Shown here piece after piece: positions 1-11,351 of a stretch of 64,000 nt of DNA. Source of the DNA: Macrostomum lignano. Its lineage: Eukaryota. The notes beneath the pieces are model-generated. The model did no database searches, was not told where the DNA came from, and was given only the letters and a program-made list of their open reading frames with translations. Position 1 is the stretch's first letter; the number at the start of each line of letters is the position of its first letter. The stretch lies in assembly GCA_002269645.1 (NCBI GenBank), contig NIVC01002990.1:62001-126000 (forward strand). The letters are read 5' to 3'. The translations under genes were made by a program, and so were the position numbers.

Positions 1-1173
1 TAGCTGGCATCCTCTCTGTAGCTGGCATCCCCTCTGTAGCTGGCATCCTCTCTGTAGCTGGCATCCTCAATGTAGCTGGCATCCTCAATGTAGCTGGCAT
101 CCTCTCTGTAGCTGGCATCCCCTCTGTAGCTGGCATCCTCTCTGTAGCTGGCATCCTCTCTGTAGCTGGCATCCCCTCTGTAGCTGGAATCCTCTCTGTA
201 TCTGGCATCCCCTCTGTAGCTGGCATCCTCTCTGTATCTGGCATCCCCTCTGTAGCTGGCATCCTCTCTGTATCTGGCATCCCCTCTGTAGCTGGCATCC
301 TCTCTGTAGCTGGCATCCCCTCTGTAGCTGGCATCCTCTCTGTAGCTGGCATCCTCAATGTAGCTGGCATCCTCAATGTAGCTGGCATCCTCTCTGTAGC
401 TGGCATCTCCTCTGTAGCTGGCATCTCCTCTGTAGCTGGCATCTCCTCTATAGCTGGCATCCCCTCTGTAGCTGGCATCCTCTCTGTAGCTGGCATCCTC
501 AATGTAGCTGGCATCCTCAATGTAGCTGGCATCCTCTCTGTAGTTGGCATCCTCAATGTAGCTGGCATCCTCAATGTAGCTGGCATCCTCTCTGTAGCTG
601 GCATCCTCTCTGTATCTGGCATCCCCTCTGTAGCTGGCATCCTCAATGTAGCTGGCATCCTCAATGTAGCTGGCATCCTCTCTGTAGCTGGCATCTCCTC
701 TGTAGCTGGCATCTCCTCTGTAGCTGGCATCTCCTCTATAGCTGGCATCCCCTCTGTAGCTGGCATCCTCTCTGTAGCTGGCATCCTCAATGTAGCTGGC
801 ATCCTCAATGTAGCTGGCATCCTCTCTGTAGTTGGCATCCTCAATGTAGCTGGCATCCTCAATGTAGCTGGCATCCTCTCTGTAGCTGGCATCCTCTCTG
901 TATCTGGCATCCCCTCTGTAGCTGGCATCCTCAATGTAGCTGGCATCCTCAATGTAGCTGGCATCCTCTCTGTAGCTGGCATCTCCTCTGTAGCTGGCAT
1001 CTCCTCTGTAGCTGGCATCTCCTCTATAGCTGGCATCCCCTCTGTAGCTGGCATCCTCTCTGTAGCTGGCATCCTCAATGTAGCTGGCATCCTCAATGTA
1101 GCTGGCATCCTCTCTGTAGTTGGCATCCTCAATGTAGCTGGCATCCTCAATGTAGCTGGCATCCTCTCTGTAG
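1..1173. repeat. 18-bp minisatellite (GTAGCTGGCATCCTCTCT and variants), ~65 units, with 288-bp higher-order period
   Basis: Directly visible tandem array. The diagnostic CCTCAATG doublet recurs at 353, 641 and 929 (spacing 288 = 16 x 18). Confidence 0.97.
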
Positions 1174-2732
1174 TGAAACGAAAAATTATATGGCTTTTTC
1201 CCATATTATAATCGTTTCCTTCTGCCAACAGTTCAGGAAAACAACGAACGATGGACCTGATGGTAACTTTCTCTGTGTGATCTCTAGAGTCACATTCTCA
1301 AACTTCAGGCGAGGATCTTTCCTCTTCAATCAGTATATTTTATAAGCTAGCACACTGTACGCGAGCAACGAGGAATAGGAGCAGTAGGGAGAGAGAGTGG
1401 GATTTCGAGGCCCAATAGGCAGTGTCGGTCAGAGGTTGTGCATGCATCACGCGAGGGTCGCATGGCTGGGCTTCTTGCTCGCCGATCATCAGGACTATTT
1501 TTAGGCATGCAGATCTTGTGCATCTGGGGAGTTGCTGCCAAGGCTGGATGCTTGTTCACGCATCACGCGCGTGTCGGCTGATTTCTCCCATCCTCTTGCT
1601 AACGGCGCTTTCGCTTCACTTCAGTCGCTCTTTTTTCAGGGAAGCGAGGCCCTCCGAGCTCTGTTGAAAATAAGCTTGGAGCAATGATGACATGGCGTAC
1701 AGTTGTGCATTTGCTTGCGATACGCAGTCCCACTTGGTAACTTGCAATTGAGTTGATGTTGTTGAAACACGAAATTTGGTCAAGGGGCAAAGTGAACTTG
1801 TGACAACAGTGGATGAATTGTACCAGCATATCCTCCTGACTATTTAATCAGATCTGAGAGGGGGATTGACGTGAACTCGGAAACTCAACAAATTGAATGG
1901 GCTTTTCATGCCCTAAACAGTGACGCAAATAGGACTGGACACGGAGACTCGACAAATTGAAACAGCGTCTGGTAGACAGTCAGATCGGGATGCTGGCTGA
2001 AGGTACATTGCAGTTAAATAGGACGTCGAAAAATACCGTCTTGACCAAATTGATTGTGTAGATCTCTCAACGAGAGTTTCTTCTTGGAAGGGTAAACTGC
2101 GTCGCTTCTTGATCTTCGTCCATTGGTCTTATCTAGTTCGAAGTTTTCCTTTACTGAAGGAAGGAAAGTCTCAGTTCTCGATTTACTCGGATGGCTGTTG
2201 AAGACATGCAGCAGAGCGATAACTGCATGGGGTATCTGAGACTTCTGTCTAGCGGCGACTCACGCGGTCAGTGGAACCAATTGAAACGACAATTTATATG
2301 GGTTTTTCCCATATTATTATCGTTTCCTTCTGCCAACAGTTCAGGAAGACAACGAACAATGGACTTCGATGGTAACTTTCTCTTTGTGATCTCTAGAGTC
2401 ACATTCTCAAACTTCAGGCGAGGATCTTTCCTCTTCAATCAGTATATTTTATAAGCTAGCACACTGTACGCGAGCAACGAGGAATAGGAGCAGTAGGGAG
2501 AGAGAGTGGGATTTCGAGGCCCAATAGGCAGTGTCGGTCAGAGGTTGTGCATGCATCACGCGAGGGTCGCATGGCTGGGCTTCTTGCTCGCCGATCATCA
2601 GGACTATTTTTAGGCATGCAGATCTTGTGCATCTGGGGAGTTGCTGCCAAGGCTGGATGCTTGTTCACGCATCACGCGCGTGTCGGCTGATTTCTCCCAT
2701 CCTCTTGCTAACGGCGCTTTCGCTTCACTTCA
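1174..2732 (-). mobile_element. Non-autonomous LTR retroelement (TRIM/LARD-like), 450/451-bp LTRs, 658-bp non-coding interior
   Basis: Direct repeats at 1174-1623 and 2282-2732, each TG...CA. GTAG duplicated at 1170-1173 and 2733-2736. On the minus strand, PBS TGGTTCCACTGACCG (2279-2265) resembles the tRNA-Glu 3' complement TGGTTCCCTGACCG. Purine tract GAAAAAAGAGCGAC abuts the other LTR. TATAAAA lies at 1344-1338. Confidence 0.85.
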
Positions 2733-3195
2733 GTAGCTGGCATCCTCAATGTAGCTGGCATCCTCAATGTAGCTGGCATCCTCTCTGTAGTTGGCATCCT
2801 CAATGTAGCTGGCATCCTCAATGTAGCTGGCATCCTCTCTGTAGCTGGCATCCACTCTGTAGCTGGCATCCACTCTGTAGCTGGCATCCACTCTGTAGAT
2901 GGCATCCACTCTGTAGCTGGCATCCACTCTGTAGCTGGCATCTCCTCTGTAGCTGGCACCCCTCTGTAGCTGGCATCCACTCTGTAGCTGGCATCTCCTC
3001 TGTAGCTGGCACCCCTCTGTAGCTGGCATCCACTCTGTAGCCGGCATCCTCAATGTAGCTGGCATCCCCTCTGTAGCTGGCATCCACTCTGTAGCTGGCA
3101 TCCCCTCTGTAGCTGGCATCCACTCTGTAGCTGGCATCCCCTCTGTAGCTGGCATCCACTCTGTAGCTGGCATCCCCTCTGTAGCTGGCATCCCT
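2733..3195. repeat. Continuation of the 18-bp minisatellite (~26 units)
   Basis: Same GTAGCTGGCATCC core resumes immediately after the LTR element. Confidence 0.97.
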
Positions 3196-4556
3196 TTGAT
3201 GATATTGAAAGCGGGCAAAAAACTTCCACGATCAAAGCATGCTGGTCGCGGGTGCAAGTGCACTCGGATTCATGAAGTTATGTTTGAATGCCGAATCTGA
3301 GAAGCCAACAAGGATTCAACTTTCTGACTTATTTTCAAATGTTTCCTCCAATCAGCAGTTCGAAAAAAATAAATATTTTTAGCTTGTTGAAGCAACGGAA
3401 ATCGATGGCTTCCGGTCTACAATCGAGCGGACGCATTGCGAATGGAAATAAAGCAGGTTTATTTCGGTCCTGGCATTCTGTGAAACGAGTGGCACAAACC
3501 GGAAATTGGTAATTATCAATGTCCTAGTTCAATCCGAGTTGTGTTGAGGATAATGTATATCTAGCTGTCACGTCCTGCCCAGCAATACGTGTACCTGCTG
3601 CATGATCTGCTCCGATTATTAAAAGCAATTTTTATGGTTGATTTCCAATCGGCAGTTATGTTAACGACTTTTACCCGAAATAATTAATACTACTGCTATC
3701 GTTAACAAGTAGCGACTAAAGTATTTATTTGTTTTCTTATTTGTCTGACAGCAACCTAACTAACAGCAAAAGATTGACGAGTGGCTTGAAACCAGATTGG
3801 GCCACCTAGAAGCCTGGCACCCTGCCAATGGGACCTACCAAGCAGAGCAGGGGGTCAGCGGCATGAGGGCCAACCGCCAAGGCACTGCAGAGAGTGCACA
3901 ATGCCTGACGATTAGAAAGTCAGGGCTGCTGTTCACCCTGTGTGATCGTGAGTATGAGTGCTGTGCCTGCAGTTTTGGCGCTCTTGTATATTTAGGAGTC
4001 AGCGTTGGGTGTGGGATGGTATTGGAGCAGCCCCTCCTGCAATTACTGTAATTGCTATCATTACTAAGTTTTGTAACTGATTAATGATTGTCAACACAAG
4101 AGGTTACAAAAATGGTCAGCAATGTTCTCCAGCCGCGAGAGGCCGGGAGTAGTGGATAAAAATGATTAAAAACTATTAAAATTTCGGGGGTTGCTGGGAA
4201 GAGTAAAATCGCTTTGCACAACCAGAAAGCGGAAGTGCGGACCAGTTTCAGGTTTGGAATTTATCAGTGCAAGTGGCGTTTATCGCTCGGGAAATTCCGT
4301 TCTTTATTGGCTTTGCTAAGATTATAAAAAATGCAGCCGTGTTCTGTGACCAGGGAATATCGCCCCTCTTCACCGCTTAGATTCAGGGCTCAGAAAAATA
4401 ACTGTTTTTTTCTGATAGCTCAAAGCAACAAGAGAAGATACGACCTATTTAGAAAGTATTCTTAGAGAAATCTTGGATCTTGAATTCTGAAAAAGTATTC
4501 ACTCAAAGTTCTTAAAAATGTACATAATCTCCACTCAGAATTCCTACAGATGTGCA

Positions 4557-7500
4557 CACTCTTCCCCTGAAGTAGGATATTGGTCCATGAAATATACCAA
4601 GAAAGCAGTTTGTTTCCCATGGATCAGTGTCCTTATAGTAGCCTAAAACAATGTTCACTGAAATCCTATCGCATTGTCTGTACACCGTATAGGTATATTA
4701 ATTAGTCCAGTACTAGCTGGCTGTTATAGTTAGTATTTACTTCACACTAGGGCCTCTGAATTGAATATTTATAGTAAAATTCAGACATGGATATGCAGTT
4801 AAATACTTCAATAGATTCAATCCATTTGCACCTGCATATATCAACACTTGCACCTGTGTAATAACTACCTTTATATGCACCTTGACACCTTTAATTTTTT
4901 CTACCGAAAGTACTGCGAAAAAATCCACAGTGATTGAAAGTGATATAATAAGTAAGTCTAAAAAGTTGCTTGTATTCTGAATGTATACGAAAGATGTTGC
5001 TGAATAGAACATTGTTTAGAAATAGAAACCAGAAATAGAACCATACAAAAGACAATACAATACAAAGAACCATACAATACAACTAAAACAGACTAGCAAC
5101 TCACTATTGAAGAAACAAATAAATCAGGCAAGGTCAGTCAGTTTATGTCCAGTTGATCAAACCATAACGTTAGAAGTTCAAATATGAAACGAATTATAGT
5201 TCACAACAGCCTGAAGAAGGTTTGCGGCATACTGTGGATGATTGAAAGGGCGCCGATATCTTTGCCAGGTGGCCTCGAAATCACTGTGAGCTGACTCCAC
5301 TGTCTGCTCACTAAAGCTCCCCAATGCCTTGCCAGACTTTGAACAGAATGTTGGCACATGGTGGAATAGTGCATGCATCTTGGGTGTCACATTTAGCTGG
5401 AGGAACTGGCATGTCGTCTGAAATCGAGCAATATGCAAAGCAAAGTCATTGGCAAGAGTTTGGCCAAAGCAGGCTAGCCGAATTGCATTGAAATCCTGAA
5501 GTGCAACGGCAAACATTTTCAGGTGCGCAGGTAAAATGTTCCATAGCTCGCCAGCCTTTAGAAGCAGCTTCTTGCATGCTGGACCTTCCAAGCAACCTCC
5601 ATGATACTGCTGACGACAGATCCCTGCTCCATGGGCCCACTTGTAGGCCATATCATTGCCCCATCGGTTGTTGAGCTCATCCAGCAAACGGTTCACAATG
5701 CCAAGCATAATGTGCAGCTCAGGTGGTGGCACCAACTCAATCAGTTCAGTGGAATCCAGTCCAGGCAGCAGTGGAGACTGAACACAGTTGGCAAAGTGTT
5801 TGGCAGCAGGCTGATGTCCGCCGGCCAACTGAAACTCGTTTGCCAGCCGCCTCACTGAGCCAAGTGTTCTGCTTGGTGCTGGAGTGGTCCATGGAGACTT
5901 GCCCTCGCAGTAAAGGCAAGGATGCGTCGAAGCATGGCTTTGAATGCCACAGATGATGTTGGCTAGCTTGAAGTCACAGGCCAAAGTGAATAGGAAGGAA
6001 CTGATGTCCATGGTGGATAATAGAGTTTTGACATTCTCGTAACACTCTTTGACATCCTCTACAATGGCCAGGACGAAAAGCTTTTTAACCCCGAGTTGAG
6101 AAATCTATTGGATGGCCCAGGCATTGAAGCTTGTGCCAGGAGCCCATCACTATCAGTAACGCTGATGCAAATCTTCAATGAATTCCCTCCACCATCAATT
6201 CCAAGCTTGAGATGATGTTCCATCTCAGCCATGCCTCTCAAACTGCAAACATAAGCCAAGAACTCACTCACATTGCAACAGAACACAGCTGAACGATCAA
6301 TTGAAATTACTTGCCCAGATGGTTGCTTGCAGATGAACTGGAGCTGCTCCACAGCAAAGAAATGAGCGACACTCTGGCCTTCAGAAAACAGGAACTCCTT
6401 CAATCCAGGTTGAATTGCTTTTCTGTTGCCAGACGCCTCTCTTATCACTTGCGCAGCTTGAATGGTCTGGTTGGTGCTTAGGTTCAAGGCAGTTTTCATG
6501 GCCCTCATTGTGCTGTGCAACATTTGTGGGACATGGCTGGTTGATGTGTCAACAGCTTGGACTTGGATTGGATGCCCACCGAAACCAGAAGACAGACTAG
6601 CTGTTGCAGCATCTCCGGAAGAAGACACGTCTGCTGCGTTTAGTTTTTCGCGGAGAAAACTGCAGGCTACATGCTCCATTGAACTTGGACTCAAGGTGCT
6701 GAGGTAGCGCAGCTTCGCGGCTTGTCCGCATTCATGTCGCACTCCCCGCGCCACTGGTGACGAGCATGTGCCGCAATGTTTGACGCTGTCTTTCACGGAT
6801 CCAGGTGCACAGTTCAGAGGACGGCCAAGTGGAGTTGCTACCCCTGAATTGAACTCCTCTGACATGTAGGGGTGCGCTACATTCACGTTCTTGTTAGCCC
6901 TGCTGGAGGCGACATTGCAGATCCAGCAGCTGCACTCAGGACGTTCACGAGTGAGTGGTGGAAGGTAGTGCAGATCATCTATTACTTTTTCGTATGGCAA
7001 GCGAGGCGGAAGAGGTGCTGGTGCTGCACTGTTCTGCGATGACAACTTGATCCGGCAGGAGTTGCAGATACCTGACGGCAGAAATTCTCGGTGTTGAGCA
7101 AATCCAGGCAGGACATAGCACTCGATTAAGGCTTCCAGACTTACAGTCAATTGTCGGTCACCCTTGCGAAAGCATAAAATGCACACACTGTTTCGACTTT
7201 CTTCGTGTGTTCGCCTACTGTTAGGCATTTTGAGAAGCAATGAAAGCCAAAAAATATAAAGGCATAAATTTCACACTGACAGTCAGCTCATCTCCTCAAG
7301 ACTTTTGTCTATGGCCAAACCCTCAACACCAGTGTACATACCAACAAAAACTTGTGAAACAAAATCAAATGTCTATGGAAGAGATCGATTTAAAATGTCC
7401 CTTCTCATAAGCCTACCACTGACAAGGCTTGAAAATCTTGATTGACAAACAAAGTCTGTTGTGCTTTTAGCTTTTTGAAGTGACAGCTGTAGAATATATA

Positions 7501-7897
7501 GTTTTTACCCCTTGCTCATCTATTATATGGATTTTTTCGCAGTACTTACGGTAAAAAAATTAAAGGTGTCAAGGTGCATATAAAGGTAGTTATTACACAG
7601 GTGCAAATGTTGATATATGCAGGTGCGAATGGATTGAATCTATTGAAGTATTTAACTGCATATCCATGTCTGAATTTTACTATAAATATTCAATTCAGAG
7701 GCCCTAGTGTGAAGTAAATACTAACTATAACAGCCAGCTAGTACTGGACTAATTAATATACCTGTACGGTGTACAGACAATGCGATATGATTTCAGTGAA
7801 CATTGTTTTAGGCTACTATAAGGACACTGATCCATGGGAAACAAACTGCTTTCTTGGTATATTTCATGGACCAATATCCTACTTCAGGGGAAGAGTG
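4557..7897 (-). mobile_element. Chapaev-type (CMC superfamily) DNA transposon, ~370-bp TIRs
   Basis: TIRs at 4557-4927 and 7528-7897, about 6-7 differences by eye. Ends CAC...GTG flanked by TGCA (4553-4556, 7898-7901). The target is palindromic, so TSD length is formally ambiguous; 4 bp fits Chapaev. Transposase lies inside. Confidence 0.85.
5178..7240 (-). CDS. Chapaev transposase (~686 aa if one base is restored near 6089-6092)
   Basis: N-terminal Chapa-type Zn finger H-x7-C-x2-C-x35-C-x2-C-x40-C-x-C-x2-C. Catalytic candidates LGIDGGG, ACDFKL, SEQTVES. CMC-type CLYC and HALFHH motifs. Adding one G to the minus-strand GGGG joins the two ORFs as ...SGVKKLFVLAIVEDVKECYENV... Confidence 0.85.
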
Positions 7898-7974
7898 TGC
7901 ACAGTCTTCATTAAAAAATTTTTAGAAATGTAAATTACTCGGAATTCTTAGAAATGCACAATGCTCGGAATTCT

Positions 7975-8170
7975 AAGAAATGTACATAATCTTCACTCCA
8001 ACTTCTTAAAAATGTACATAATCTTCACTCCAACTTCTTAAAAATGTACATGATCTTCACTCCAACTTCTTAAAAATGTACATAATCTTCACTCTAAATT
8101 CTTGAAAATGTACATGATCTTCACTCTAAATTCTTGAAAATGTACATGATCTTCACTCTAAATTCTTAGT
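7975..8170. repeat. Degenerate ~33-bp tandem repeat (CTTCACTCCAACTTCTTAAAAATGTACATAAT); related units at ~4490-4556, so the Chapaev element inserted into this array
   Basis: About 6 units are visible. A similar unit directly precedes the left TIR. Confidence 0.8.
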
Positions 8171-11100
8171 TTAAATTACTCAGAGTTCTAAGAGAAATTT
8201 ACTTAATCTTCACTATGCTTTCTCAGAAATATAGAAATCCTCACTAAGCATACCAAGCTTTAGCTAAATAAGGAACGGCAAAACTCAATACATTCAAATC
8301 AATTAAGAATTTGCCAGCTCAGCAATGTCTGCTTGAAATTTAAACCCCCCCCCCTACCCAGAAACCCTGCAATATCACCGAAGCAGTCGCTATGCCAGTC
8401 CTTCAAACGCTTGTTTATTAAGGTTCTTTCTGGGAGAGCCTGCAGTGACGCAGCGAAGTGTTTAGTAGGTCAAGCTGTCTGCGGCAGGGCACAATAGCGA
8501 CCAGCACCAGCTCCGTATTCCAATAGCCCCAACTCCACGCGCTTAGCTCAGATAGAATAATCAATGGCATCCCCTCTTGCTTTTGTATTTTATTCAAAAC
8601 TTCTCTTCGAGCGAGGTTGGGCAGGGGTGGGGGCCGCGCAGCCGGCTTCTCAAGTCTTAAAAAAAAACAAAATTGACAATTGCGGAGGTGGAACCCACTC
8701 GGCTGCCTCACAGAGCTGGCCCGCCAACTTTCAGCTGCCCTCAGCTGCAGTTTTTTTATGGCCCCCCCCCTTAGCCCTGACTGTCTCACTGGCTTTCTGT
8801 CTGTTTAAAGACTTCAATTCAAGGAGGTGGTGCAGCAGCGGCGATCGGGTGCCTCGACGCCTGAAATCGGCTTCCCTGTACATAGAGAATAACGCTAGAG
8901 TGACTTGGTAGCTCCTGGCTATAAAACTGATGCGGGCTTGTGAGCTTTAACTCCGCGCTATTGTGTATGAGTTGCTAATTTCATACACAGCTGGCTGGCT
9001 GGCAGGTCACATGACTTTGAATCTCACCCAGCTCCCGCGCTCAATATTAGCTTGTGTTGACCAATGCAAATACTATATGATAGTAAAATGACTTGTCATA
9101 ACTATATTGCGTGGCAACATAAACTATCTTATGCCAGGTTAGCGTAAACTGTATATCTCTGATTGAACTGGCTGATTTTACTTACGTATTTGTCAAATTG
9201 CAGTTGCGGACAATTGTTTATGCTTCACAAGCCTAACACAGGTTATACTCGTAGTCATTGACGCTATCGCGGTAACAACTATTTATCGTTTTGCTTATGA
9301 CAGAGGCCAAGGAAACCCCCCGGCTGGTGCTGCAAGCTCTGGCATAAGCCGGAAGCCGTCAGCGAACTGTTTGTGTCATTGGCAGCGGATCAACGCGCTG
9401 AAAAGCATTTTGTAGTTTAAATTTGTTAAAATTCTGAAAACATGCATAGATGAATATCTGTTTCAAGTAAATACAGGGTCAGTTTTAGTGTCAATGAACT
9501 GTTTCAAACTTCAAACTGCTAACATTTTAAGTCTTGGCCTGTTGCACTTTAACAATTTGCCGTTAACAAGCGAAGCAACTCCGACAGGCGCTGGCAAGGC
9601 ATGACAATGGCCGGGGCGCCGCTGCTGACGGCTCACGGTTCAAGAATGGCTGCAGCCACTCACTTTATTTTTAAAGCAAGACAACCCAAGGCGACGCACC
9701 TGTTTTGTCTCACATTATGCATCACCCCATGTCATTATAAATGAGTTTTTTGTCTTGTCAAACACATCGCTTTCGGGCCGGAGTTCTATGCGCTGTTGGA
9801 GCTGACAGAGTTACCCAGCCCCGGCATCATTTGTCTCTCATACCCCAGTTAGCTCTATTTGCTCAGAGCCCCCTCTTGTCCGGGGTGGAAGGCAAATTAT
9901 TGATGAAGAAAAATTCCAACTAAAAAATTGTGAAATTCTCTGATGATGCAGAAACACGGCAGAAGGAGCTAATGAATGAATAAGCAAGGCCCTGCGGAAT
10001 GCCAGGCAAAGTCTCTAAGCAGAAGGCGGTAATTTCATACCCCAATTTAAAAACGTTGCAAACTAAGGCTGGGAAAGTTCATGGATTTAAAAAATGGATC
10101 GATTTGTTTTTAACATTTTCAAACATTGTTGCCAATATAGCAGACTTCAGTTTTGTTGATATTGACAGAGTGCAGAAATTGCCAGCAGATTTTGCTTTTA
10201 AGCATCTCTTTCTATTCTTTGACTGTGATGTTTTTTCCTTAAGAAATCAAATATTGACAGCCGGTACCAGATTAGCACCCATGCCCAGTCATCCATTTGT
10301 CGATCAAGCCCCAGACTCTGATGATGGCAGATTTCTCTGGCGCAGTCCCTCTGTTTGCCAGAGGCCAGGGACACATAATGCACACTGGCTCACTGAAAAA
10401 TTACCGGCGGGGTATCTGTGTTTGCATTCGACTAGCAATGTCTGTCTTTTAATGTCACAAATATCTATCACCCCAGTGCCCAGGGATTACAGTTGCTTAA
10501 GCACACACTGGGAATAGTACACAAAGTGAAACATTTTCTAGAATCCCAGGCAGAACCTGTTTTGATTGCTGAGTTGAAACAAAAAAATAGAAAACTTCTC
10601 TCATCCGGGTTGCAGCGTTGACAGAGACCAGCAGACTGAGGCAAATTTGCGAAACGGAAGTAAAATGCAACCGACTGCCCGAAGAAACAACATCCCCTCT
10701 CCCCCGAGCTAGCTCGTAGAAAATGAAAATAAAGCCTTCGAGCAGGAAGAAGAGACAAAAATAGTCGAAAACAGACTGACAAGACAGGAAGCGGTTAAAT
10801 AGAAACGGTGACAATGGCACCGAACAGCTCCAAGGAAAACTCTGAGCCTAGAAAGCGAGACGCATTCAAAGTTGCTGCAAAACTCCAAAACTGCAGACAA
10901 GGCTTGATTGAGTCCAGGCCAGCCAATCTGATGAAGACACCACACACACACACCAGAGTCGGCTTCCCGTCATCAGCTGGGCTGAGCGGAGAGAAGGGAG
11001 CCACGCAGACCCTGTCCAACTGTTACACGTCAGATGTGTCCCACCCTTGCCCTGTTGCCTTACCCCCTGCCCTCGCCAATAAGAGACAGCCCAGCGGAAG

Positions 11101-11351
11101 GTACTGCACTGCTGCTTGCTGCTGCCAGAAGCAGCTGAAGGGAGTGGAGGGGATTGAAATACAAATCGCGCGGAGAGGAGAGACAAAAAAAGAAATTTCT
11201 CAGCCCCTCCCCGGCAGCTTCTATCGGGGGTCTCCCTTGAGCGAAGAGTAACATTCATTGCCCAGCGCTAACTAGCTAAGCTCACTTCGCTCCTCTCCAG
11301 TGCTTCTCTAAAACTCCCCGCCCACCTGTTGCGCTGCCCCTTGTAAAAGTC

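Noticed and set aside
1681-1830. Possible integrase HHCC remnant in the TRIM interior (…MHNCTPCHHC, minus strand)
   Set aside because: Interrupted by a stop, with similarity too weak to support.
1347-2668. Duplicated 70-aa ORF
   Set aside because: It lies inside the two LTRs and has no coding features.
2531-3263. Repetitive ORFs (CSWHPL, MPATE, DASY)
   Set aside because: They are translations of the 18-bp minisatellite.
9940-9955. CTGATGA-TGCA-GAAAC hammerhead core; similar partial cores at ~21740 and ~56230-56280
   Set aside because: Stems I and III cannot be formed, or core nucleotides are missing.
9999-11251. 172-aa and 147-aa ORFs upstream of the orphan gene
   Set aside because: No recognisable motif and no phase-compatible splice link found; could be chance or upstream ORFs.
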